Positions 38,231 to 49,525 of a stretch of DNA of 64,000 nucleotides are shown here, piece after piece. Positions within the stretch are counted from its first letter, which is position 1, and the number at the start of each line of letters is the position of its first letter. The DNA is from Vitrella brassicaformis CCMP3155 (taxonomy: Eukaryota > Protista > Chromerida): positions 1 through 64,000 of the forward strand of contig CDMY01000170.1 in the NCBI GenBank assembly GCA_001179505.1. The letters run 5' to 3'. A program made the translations under genes and the position numbers. The notes under the pieces were generated by a model. That model did not search any database. It saw only the letters and a program-made list of their open reading frames with translations, and was not told the DNA's origin.

Positions 38231-38340
38231 CGCCTCTCCAAGCTGCAGCGGTTTGCGCGGGGAAGCTTTGGAGCTCGCATCTGCAGTCTAAGCTCGCACT
38301 ACAGAGAACCCGATCACTTTGCTCTGCCTTTTGACCTGCA

Positions 38341-39433
38341 ATGCATCAACATACACCTGTTTCCTTTGTCCCAACGTGGATCTTCGCCTTTCTGTTGGCA
38401 TTGGCATGGTCAGCCGACGGCATCAGCCGCACTGCCAGGCAGCAGCCAATGACGGCATCGCTGCCCGGGCATGACCACCGGCCATGCAGCAGCAGAGTGG
38501 AAGTGAGAACCGTCACCGGTGAGTGAGATCAGCGAGGCATCTCAGTAGCGGGACAGGACAGAGCGCGTCTGTGTTGCTTGTGTTGTCATGACAGGTGGTC
38601 GGTCATTATGTGTTGAAGGCCTCGCACCCGATGCAACCGTGACAGATTTGAAGGTGCGGGGATCCACTGGGCTGGGTGTGTGCCCTCTCACTTCGTTCCA
38701 CACATACCGTACATGTTTGTGGTTCGTCCCATGCAGGCTCGCGTGGAGGTGCTCACGGGGGTGCCTGTGGGGGATGTACTGACGGTGGACCAGCAGAGGG
38801 GGCGGGCAGTGGTCGACAGCGAAGCTCTGGTAAGTGTACCTCCTGATAACGAACCTGCCTTGCATCTTTCTGTACTGACTGCCCTGCGCGTGTGTGCAGG
38901 TGGATGGGTCAGGTGTGTACTACGTGTCGCCACGCATCAGGGGCGGCCTCTCGCTGCAAGTCAAAACACTCTCTGGTACGCGATTGTCAATGCCTGAATG
39001 TGTGTGTGGATGCATTGCTCTCTGTGTGTGTCTGTGTGTGTGTCCGCCCACCTGTGTGCAGGGAAAACCATCACTGTTGACGAGATCGACCCCGACATGA
39101 CGATAGCCTCCGTCAAGGCCAAGATACAGCAGAAAGAGGGCATCCCGCCAGACCAACAGCGACTCATCTTCGGAGGTAACTGACTCTGTCGTGTGCTCAT
39201 GTCGTGTGTGTGTGCATGTGTGTGTGTGTGTTTTTGCAGGCAAGCAGCTTGAGGACCAGAAGACTGTTTCAGACTACGACATTCAGGCAAGGCAATGAAG
39301 AGAGAGAGACCTCTCCCATCACATCCACACAGCACACTCGCACGGAGGTGCATGTCTGTCTATGTCCGTGTCGGTGTGTGTGCAGGAAGATGCAGTTTTG
39401 CATTTGGTGTTGCGGCTGAGGGGCGGCAGATGA
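38341..39433 (+). CDS. Signal-peptide-bearing tandem ubiquitin-like protein (divergent UBL + near-canonical ubiquitin)
   Basis: Exon 1 (38341-38518) encodes [38 protein letters not shown]1 ends SPRIRGG. UBL2 is [78 protein letters not shown]. The last intron is GC-AG (39287-39385). Confidence 0.85.
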
Positions 39434-39449
39434 CTGACCGACCGATCGA

Positions 39450-41206
39450 CACACAGACGGATGGATGGACTGATGGGTGTGTATACTTGTACATAGTGAT
39501 GAGGGAGGGGAGGGGGAGGGGTGTGGGCATTTTTGACTCAATTCACTAATCACTCGTGTCGTGTGACCGACCTGTGGGGATGGATTGATTTAATAGCTCA
39601 TGTATCTGTCTGGGTCTGTCTGTCCGAAGAAGCTCACAGGCACCACTACTCCACCTCACACAAAACCAACCAACCAGAACCACCGTGCCACACACACGTC
39701 CCTCACTGATCCTTCCATCGACACGAGGCAAATAACCCACCCACCCCCCAGCACACTCACACACACAAAGGGACAGACACGTAAAGATACATGCCATGCA
39801 CTTAGCTTACCCCTCCTACCTACCCTCCCTCTCAGACACCCCACAGGTGTCGTGTACGGAACAATCAGTCTGCAGTCAGTGGGCGGGTGGGCGGGGGGAG
39901 AGGGAAGGAGCATTATAAGCACAAACACACACACACGTACACCCTCCCTCCCTCCACCCTCCCTATCTCCCTGTGCAAAAAAAAGTTGATTGACCCAAGA
40001 TAAGATGCATTGGAATGGATGGAATGATGAAAGGTGGGAGTCATTGTCATTGTGTGCGATGGTATGTGTTTGCTGTGTGTCGTGCGTCTGCGTCTGCGTA
40101 CGCGTGTGCGTGTGCGTGCGGATGCATCAAACTGGCACACACGCGCACACACGCGCACACACGCGTGTACTTACGGTAAGGAATGCGTGATGATGTGTGG
40201 CAGCAGCGATAAAAACTGACACACACAGACAGACAGGCGGGACACTTCAAGCTTCTCACCCCCACCCTCACCCCGCCCCCACAACCACAGTGAGAGTGTC
40301 ACGGGTCATAAATTAGAACAAGACAGACACCGAGACACACACACACACACACACAGACAGAGAAAGACAGAGAAAGATGACAGAGGCGATTTAGTTAGCA
40401 GCAAACGGGCCCCGATATCTCTCTCTCTCACACACACACAGACACACGGATGCATCATCAACATAGACTAGATGGCACACACACACATACACATGCACAC
40501 ATGGCTGCAACTGCACTCACTCAGCCCCACTTTTGTCTTGGATCTTGAAAGCGCACCCCCGCCCAGCCACCTACAAACACACACACACACACACAAACGA
40601 CACGAGAGGTTCGGTTTCGGTTCGCTCAGTCAGCGAACACATGTACGCAGGCAACAAAACAGCCAACACCCAACACCAACGCTCGTCTACTGACTCAATA
40701 AACAGCAGGCAGCCGCACAGCCACAACCACACACACAACCACAGCCACAGCCACACACACACACAAAGGCTCACACACGCACTCTTGTAACACATAACAA
40801 GTAGATAAACGATATGCGAAACGATATGCGCCTGCAAAGGCGCAAGGGCACACGATAAACCAGCCAGCCGACCACCAAACCACCCTGACCTCACGCCGAG
40901 AAAACAAAACTGTGCACACCTCGTGTGTGTGAGCACAACCGTGTGTGTGTCATCTGTGCCGACGTGTGCAGGGACCGATCCCCAACAGACACGAACATGT
41001 GACTGTCAGAGGACAGCACTCCCTCAGGCACAACAGAAGACACACCCACACATCCACACACACCTGCAGACCAACAAAAGCAGAGAGAGAGACAGACAGA
41101 AGCAGAGACAGAGACAGACAGAGAGAGAGAGAGAGAGAGAGCGAGGGAGGGAGCCAAAAAGCCCTACCTCAGTCAGTCAGTCAGTCAGTCAGCTGACAGA
41201 CCGAGC
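39450..41206. repeat. Microsatellite-rich intergenic region (CA, GA, GACA, AGTC tracts)
   Basis: Repeated (CA)n, (GA)n and (AGTC)n runs with no credible coding signal. Confidence 0.8.
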
Positions 41207-41506
41207 NNNNNNNNNNNNNNNNNNNNNNNNNNNNNNNNNNNNNNNNNNNNNNNNNNNNNNNNNNNNNNNNNNNNNNNNNNNNNNNNNNNNNNNNNNNNNN
41301 NNNNNNNNNNNNNNNNNNNNNNNNNNNNNNNNNNNNNNNNNNNNNNNNNNNNNNNNNNNNNNNNNNNNNNNNNNNNNNNNNNNNNNNNNNNNNNNNNNNN
41401 NNNNNNNNNNNNNNNNNNNNNNNNNNNNNNNNNNNNNNNNNNNNNNNNNNNNNNNNNNNNNNNNNNNNNNNNNNNNNNNNNNNNNNNNNNNNNNNNNNNN
41501 NNNNNN
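41207..41506. other. Assembly gap (300 N) followed by poly-C
   Basis: N run followed by a C homopolymer. Confidence 0.98.
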
Positions 41507-41813
41507 TCCCCCCCCCCCCCCCTCGTTTCTTCCTTACTCATACATCCATCTCAACTAGGGCCACTCCCTCACTCACACACATACGTATCAATCAACTCAC
41601 TCACTCACGTGCAATGCACACACCCACATGCACACCCACACCCACACGCACGCCCCGCCACGCCCATCCCATCCCACCCCATCAGCTCAGCTCAGCAACA
41701 CTCACTCGCCGGTTTTACACATCACATCCACAATCCAATCCAATCCAATCACGACGGCCCGGCCGTGCCGTGTGCGGCGAGCCTATCTGGTGTGTGTGTC
41801 TCCGCTAGGCTAG

Positions 41814-41923
41814 TTAGTGGCCATTGGTCCAGCCCTGTTTCTGCCAGAATGTGTTGGCGTTCTTGATGAACCCTGAACGGTCGGCACGCCACTCCTCCTG
41901 AATGTTTTATGTATGGCACCACA

Positions 41924-41958
<35 letters not shown>

Positions 41959-44900
41959 GAAAAGTTGGACACAGACGAGTGTGAGTCCGGTAATACTACT
42001 CACAAGTTCTTTGGCTGCGACGGTGAGGTAGAGTTTGCCCTCGTGGATCTCCCACTTGGCGGGGTCGGTCAACACATACTCTGCACACACACACACACAC
42101 ACACGTGTCAACACATACACAAGCGTGGGTGAGTCGATCTATATGTCGGTGTGTAGGGTAGCGTACCTCCGAAAGCCATGGCGAAGGCACACCAAGCGCC
42201 GTACTTGGGCAGGTACGCCTCTGTAGGCACACACACACACAGCGCACAGACACAAATGAAGAGGCTTGCTGAGGTAAGCATGTGTAGGCACCCACCAGGG
42301 TTTGCGTCGAACATCTGTTTGTTCTCCTTGTTCTCGAAAGCAACCTGACGGATGTCATGGGGCCACACACACACGTCTGTGTGTGTGTGTGTCTGTGTGT
42401 GTGTGTGTGGGTGGGTCTCGCTGTGTGTGGTATGTTGCCTTAAAGAGTCCCTTGTAGTCGCTCTCGAGTGTCTCGTCGCCCTTCTTGCCCGTCACAGGCT
42501 GCACACACACACAGACACACACACACAGACAGGTGTCCAGGCATTGATTACGCAGCTCGGTGGGGTGGGTACCTTAGCGTCTTTCTCGAGCTTAAAGTAT
42601 GCTACGGGGTCGGCACCTTAAGCAAATGGAATTATAAAAAAGAAATTGAAAAATGGGAAGAAATGTAAACGAAAGATTTCATAGTAAAGACGCTTTAGAA
42701 AGATCCTCCCCTTCTACCACTCAAAAGATAACCACCTGTACACATACACACACACAGGGAGAGAGAATCTCCCTCTCTCTCGCTCTGTGTGTGTGTGTGT
42801 GTGTGTGTGTCTGTGTGTGCATACCAGGTGCGTAGAAGGTCACTGACTCGCCGATGACCGCGCCGTCGACGTCCACCGGCACAATGGGGCCGGTGCCTGC
42901 ATACACACACACACACACATATTCCCACACGAGTAAATCTCCCTCTGTCTCCTCTGTCTGTCTATCTGTCTGCGTGTGTGTGGTGGCTACTTCCGGTGAA
43001 TGAGTACGGCAGCACGACGCCCAGCACGATGGCCGCGGCGATCAGCACCGCAGCTGCAGTCACGGCTATGATCAAGTTCCTGCACCCATCACACACACAC
43101 ACCCGAACAAAGGAATACACACACGTGTCTGTGAGTAGGTCTCTCTCACTCTCTCTGTGCTGCTTACATTTTGGACTTCTTGCAAGTGGGGCCGCAGGAG
43201 GGTTTGCACTGGAGGGAGGAATTTGATGAAGCCTCACGGTCAGACGCGGGCGACGTCAGGGGCACCACTGATCGATGGACGAATGGATGGCACGCAAACC
43301 GAGAGACAGTGTGTCCATCCATCCATCCACCTCTGAATGCATACCGACCGATGTGTTCGTGCGGAGACGGCAGCGACTTGACAGTGATGCCATTGCAGTT
43401 CTCGCAGGACACCACAGCCGGACCTGTGGTGACAACCGTGTGCTGCTGCGCATTGACACCCCCGCTGCAGCTCGTGTTGTTGACACCGCCGGCACTCTGG
43501 TGCGTGTGGTAGCCCGCACAGGTGCACGGCACCACACGCCTACACACACACACACATCGCACAAAGGCACTCACGAATGCACCACCAGACAGACAGACAG
43601 ACCATCACACCTGTTGCAGCATCTGCAGACAGGGTTGGTGCATGGGCAGTAGACGTCGTGTGTGTGGTGCTGCTGCTGCTGCACGTGGTACAGCTGCTGG
43701 GGAATGGGCGGCGGATTCGGGTTTGTGCCAGCATTGAACCTGCACACAATCAGAGAGAAACACACACATGGATTGCACGGCCTGAGTGGATCTCTCCCTC
43801 TCTGTGCGTGTGTGTGGAAGGGGGGAGGGAGACGTACTGCAGTGTCTTGACTTGCTTCTTGAGGTTCTCGATCTCCAGCATCTGCTGACCCAAACCTGAA
43901 GCACACACGCCACACATGACACACACACACACAGACAGACAGACAGACAGACAGAGGTACGCCTGAGTGAATGTGCGTGCGTGTGCGTACCTCCGAACCC
44001 TCCGTGGTTGAGAGTGTACTGGTGCAGCAGCGCCGACGGATCGTCACACTTGCCTACACACACACATACATCCACACACGCCCATCCGACCACACATCCA
44101 TGTGTGTCTTCGAGCTGCACATTCGTCCAGCCACCCAGCCATGTATCCAGGCATACCGTTGGCAGTGCTGCCGTTGTGTTTGTAGCTGCCGGTGGTGTCC
44201 TTGCCGTCGTGGCCCTGACCGTTGTTCGTCCCGCCCTGCATCCTCGCCGCATACGACACCTTCACACACCACAGACAGACAAACAAAACAAGCTGATGGA
44301 CTCCCGTGTTCGTGTCGTCTTGTGTGTGGTTTACCTCAGCTTCGGGTTCGTCGGTGGAGACCTGCTGCACCTGCTGCTGAAGGTCCAACGCAGCCGGGGG
44401 CAAACCTGACGAAGGACCAAAATATATCATGGATGGATGGAGGGATAGACAAAACCAAACACATGCATGCTTGGGTTGTGCATGGCTGCCTGCCATTGTT
44501 ACTCAGCTCAGCTCACCCCTCGACGGGTGGGAGTGGGACACATGGGTCGGCAAACTCCTCGCACCAGTCTGTTTGATACGCACATACAACCCACACACGA
44601 CACGACAGTACACGATAACACACGCACACACACTCACACCCATCGATGGCACTCCACCTCACCTGTGAGCCGGCGATGCTTTCCTCGAAGAAGACGGGCA
44701 GGTGTGCGCGGGGGGACGGCTTCAGCTCGGGCGACTCCAGTATCAGACGCAGCGACTCAGCCAAACCCAGCCGCTGCTCCGCATCGCGTGCACCTAACTC
44801 GCGACTGGCTCCCTCACTGATACACACATAGACACACACAGACACAGACACAAACACAAATACAGACACAGACACAAACACATGCACGCTAGCCCATCCA

Positions 44901-45288
44901 TCTCTGTCTGTCGGTCGGTCGGTCTGTCTATGCATTCCACTCACTTGTCGACAGTGCAGCAGACCCCACAGACCGGCCCAGCAGCGGGCCTGACTGTTTC
45001 CTGCATGACCACACTGCTGCCGGCCTCGCCGCGATGCGCCGGCCAACTCGACCCATTCGGCGAAGAGCTGTAACCATCTGCAACACCCAACACGCAGAGA
45101 CAGACAGACACCCACCCTGGCTTGTCCCACCTCTCCATCTCTGTCTGTCTGCCTGTCTTCCGCCCATCCCACGCACCTGAAGTATGTCCATTGCCGCTGG
45201 CCTCTCTGTGCACCGGCAGCTGAAGGGGCTCGTGCATGACCTCAGAGGTGCTCTCTGTCGCGACGCACAACCCGCATAGGTGGCTCAT
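41814..45288 (-). CDS. Type II membrane protein with C-terminal YHS-family domain and a long Cys/His/Gln-rich N-terminal region (many small exons)
   Basis: Spliced C-terminus: GGYLLSGADPVAYFKLEKDAKPVTGKKG..YKGLFKVAFENKENKQMFDANPEAYLPKYGAWCAFAMAFG..TDPAKWEIHEGKLYL..EEWRADRSGFIKNANTFW. This matches the GxDPVAYF...PxYGGxCA...W.I.DGKLYL pattern of YHS-domain proteins. TM helix LIIAVTAAAVLIAAAIVLGVVLPY at ~43000-43075. The YHS part is well supported; joining the upstream exons to ATG 45288 is less certain. Confidence 0.7.
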
Positions 45289-45469
45289 GATGCCAACGTC
45301 ACCCGGCTGGAGTCGTCTTCCAGGCAAAAAAAGTGATCGGCTGACACAGGCGGTTGGATCGGGGGGCGGCACGGAGAGATCTGCCCTTGGCGGTTAATGC
45401 CTTCTCAAAGATACGTGCGAGCTCATGTATTGCAGACGGCATAAGAGCTCGCAAACGCCAGAATCTACG

Positions 45470-47841
45470 ATGGAGAGGGCGTCCAGCTCGTTGACGATTC
45501 ATCGCCATGATGCGTGGCAGCACACAGGTAGAGATCGACGCACTGGAATGGACAGAATGGATGTGTGTGTCTGTGTGTGGCTGTCTGTCTGTCTGTCTGC
45601 AGGCGTCATCGACGACAGTGGGTGCAATGTTATGCTCGGGGCGCTCTTTCGCCGACTCAATCACCTCCCCTACTCAAAGTGAGCGAGGCCATGTGTGTGC
45701 ATTGATTTGACTGCTGCACTGTGTCTGTCTGTCTGCTGAATGAATCAATGAACCTGCAGTCTGCCGTATCTATCGGACCACGTCAAGCAGGCGCCCACAA
45801 GGTGACAGAAAAGAGAGAGAGATGACTGACTCAACAAGACAGTCAGTCAATGGTGTCTTATGGGTGTATGTGTCCGAGTCCATCGACAGGTTCATTGTGC
45901 TATGGGTGGTTGCGTGCGCGTCGACGCTGCTCTGTGTGGCCATCATCGGCTACCACTGGTGGTGCCACTTTCGCGTTGGTACACGGACTCACACGCGCAC
46001 TCACTCATTGTGTATCTGTCTGTATGTGTGTGTGTGCGACTTCGTTGGGGTGTTTTGCGTGCAGGCGATGAGCTGCGAAAGTCTCGTGGGCGTGTTCTGT
46101 TGCCGAGGCAAACGCGGCTGACCTTCAAAATCCTTGTGATGGTGCCGCAATTGGCACTATTCAGCTGGTCGGTCGGACAGAAGGGCGGACAGTCATTCTC
46201 TCTCACCTCTCCCCCTCTCTGGGTCTGTGCTTCAGTGTGGGCTTGTTCTACATTCGTCTAGGGCGTCTGTTTGGTCTATTTTCCAATCTCGCTTACATGA
46301 CCGCTCTCTTCGCTCTCTGGTGAGCCGCGCACAGAGGCAGACAGGCAGACAGGCTGGGAATGGATTGACGATGGGTGTGCTCAGGGACCTCCTGTGCGAG
46401 ATGCTAGGAGGCCCAGAAAGGTGAGCGACTCACCATCGGATGGATGGATGGATTGCCCAAGGAGAGTCTTGCATGTGCTTCGTTCAGGTGTATAGCGGTG
46501 CTCCACCACGAACCTCCAATGAAGTTCCTCACCGAATTTTGGGTGACACAGCGCACCAACAGACACAAATGCACCACCTCACACCGACCAACCTGTGTGT
46601 CTGTGTGTATGTCAGATTTGCAAGTGTTTGAGGCCGCTGGATGGGAGGAGATTCCATCTGTCGCACTTCTACTGGAGCCGTATAATGGTCAGTCAGTCGC
46701 CCCACTGCCACACCCATGCCATGAACTGCATCCCTAGGCTGCGCGTGTGTGTGCGCATCAATCAGGTGATGCAACACGCCATGATCGGGCCGGCCCTTCT
46801 GCTGACCCAAACACTGGTCGAGGACTTCATGCCGATGCTCGACTGGGTGAGTATTCTGGCCGCCAGATGCGTGTGCGTGTACACAGCTGTGCGTGTGTGT
46901 GTGCGCTGGATGTGCGCAGGTGGGGATCTTGTCTCAGGTGGTGTGTGGGTATGGTCTGTCCATTTTGATAGCGGCGAGCAGGAAGCCGCTGCGGGAGTAC
47001 AGGAGCGACTGGAAGGCATGGATGGTCATGATATCGGATCCCGCAATTATGCAGTACCTCAGGTGGGGTGGGGTGGGTGCATTCACTGCCACCTATCTCC
47101 CATAACACCTACTCGCCCATAATGCGTGTTTTTTCAGGCTGGTGCTGACGTACCTTGCACACAGGAGGGTGTGTGCCGCTCTGCTCAACCAACAGGAGCC
47201 CGCTCCATCTTACACGGAGGTACGCAGACATCGACACGCACATATGATGCGTGTGCATGCGCAGCGCGCGGTGGCGTGTGAGTGAGTGTGTGTGTGTGTG
47301 TGTGCAGGAGGTGATGAGTGAGGCGTATGCCAACTGCCTGACGTGTGTCCTCACTGTCCCGCTCTCACTCTGGGCGGTGTACGCATTCCCTGCACGAGAG
47401 GTACACACCAACATACACAGCAACATACACACACACATTCACGCGTCGGTGCCTGTGTGTGCGGGTCTGCGTCCTAGGTGAAGCAGTGTGTCCATCGGTT
47501 TGTGGAGCCGCGAGGTGGTGAGACGCAGGACAACGATGAGAACAATGAGGAAGACGACACCAAGTGAGCGACACACACACTCAGACAGACAGACAGACAG
47601 GCACGCACCCACCTCCGCCTGAGTGTGTGTGTGTGTGTGTGTGCGTGTGTGTAGTTTGTTGAGCAGCACATCCACCCCGCCCAGTGAACACGACACTGCG
47701 ACAGAGACACATATACTCGCCGTCGGGTGGGCACATCTGATCGAAAATCTGATACATACAACTGTGTGTGTGTGTGTGTGCAGGTCGAGTCATCGGCACT
47801 CGCCGCTTTATGAGAGGCAGTGGACGGGGGGAATGGCATAG
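45470..47841 (+). CDS. Divergent OST-alpha/TMEM184-family multi-pass membrane protein
   Basis: Spliced translation: FIVLWVVACASTLLCVAIIGYHW; FKILVMVPQLALFSCVGLFY..ALFALWDLLCEMLGG; VMQHAMIGPALL; GYGLSILIAASRKPLREY; AYANCLTCVLTVPLSLWAVYAFP. The ILxMVP, LLC.xLGG and YAFP motifs fit the family. Confidence 0.65.
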
Positions 47842-49525
47842 TATAGTCAGGGAGGGAGCGTAGCTGTAGATTGTGGCATGCAGTGCGTTGATCGATGTGT
47901 TCTTCGTTCCTTCGTTGAATCGTCCATTAATTGTGCTGGCTGGCATGAATGTATAGACATGCAGATTGAGACGACCATTGATATGATTGATGCATGGCAT
48001 GCAGTGAGCGACTGACAAGACGACACAGTCAGCAGTCAATCAGGTCGGACGACCTCTTCTACTTGCAGGCTCTGCATCGTCAGTCATACACGGCGACAAG
48101 TCAGCTTCTACCATCAGAACGTCCTCCCCGGCAGTGTGTACCGCCTTTCCCCCCATCCCCCCCTCGCCACTCGCCTTGAGGCTTCCATTTCATCATCTCT
48201 CACAGTCACAGCGTCAGATAGGGTCACTAGAGAGCCACCAGGTGGCGCGACAGAGTCTCTGTGTGATGGCTGCAAGTGCCTTGATCCTCACAGACAGGCC
48301 TAGACACACCCGTGCACATATACGGGCAAACGAGGCAATGCAGCCGGCCGCATACAAAGCGCGGCAGATACAAACGAGCAGACAGAACACCTGGCTCACG
48401 CATACACACAAACACGGCCGTGCTCTCGCTCAGCAGGTGATTCCTCTCTGGCACGCACATACACACACTCACACACACAGACCGACACATCCCGAGAACA
48501 CGCATCTTTTCTGCCTTCCTGTCGCTCAGAATCAATCCGGCATTGCACACTATCGTGCGTGAGATAAAAATCAGATGACTACTCCTGTTCCTCTCAAGGT
48601 GGCTCTCTCTCGATGTATGCGAGCATCAGGCGTCTAACGCATTGCCCCTCTCTCCGACAGACTAACGAGCGGTTGTCTTGCTTTGCTGGCCTGCGCCAAA
48701 ACGAGAATGCACAGAAAGAGAGCCGTTCGTGTGTGTGTGTGCATGGCGCACGTTCCTGCCCACCTGTCTGTCTAAGGGAACCCGCCAGGCCCCGGGCTGG
48801 CAGGGCTGAAGTAACCAGGGGGCGTGTGTGTGTATCTGCGACGCATGACACACAACCTGGGCCAGTGCCAATCTGGGAGCCAGTGGCAGTTCCGGGGTTG
48901 GTCACGGTCGACACTTGGTCCAGGATGCTCCCCTGGGCTGCACGAAGAGGGGGCGCCATAAGGGGTGTCGCACCTGAATGTCGGTGAGGGACGGAATGAA
49001 CAAAATGGGCCTATCTGCGTACATACCGCCGTCGGTAGCGTCGCTGGCTGTCTCTTGAGCGCCTGTGCACACAGGCACACAGACAGCAGGATCGCAGACA
49101 GATAAGGCAAGTCACTATTTGTTGTTCCGCTCATCCCTTAGCTGCCCGCCCACCTCGAAGGCTCTGTTGGTCCTGTGTGCCCATCGTGGAGGGCACCACA
49201 AGCAGAAGGATCACTACGGGGGACCCATTGTGCGAATACACGAGAAGGGGAGATCTAGAGCCGCGGTCCTGGCGCTGTGACCCTGGTCACTCTCTACTTC
49301 ATCGGCAGAGATCGTCCAATACCCGCCCGCCGTGATTCCCTTTTTCCATTCTCGTGACGGAGCTAAGCTCGCAATTCCTCAGAGCCATTCGTGATCGTTT
49401 TGTTCAATGAATGCCTTGTGTGTTCATGAGGACGCTCGAATGAACGAATGAATGAATGATATAAGCGTGATCTACCGTGTGAGAGTCAGCTTGATCAGCG
49501 GGCCGGCCCGGCGGATTCCAGGACG

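Noticed and set aside
40815-40842. Direct repeat AAACGATATGCG x2
   Set aside because: Two copies in a microsatellite-rich region, consistent with slippage.
48000-49300. Several short ORFs on both strands between the TMEM184-like gene and array copy A
   Set aside because: I could not build a coherent spliced model or recognise any domain.
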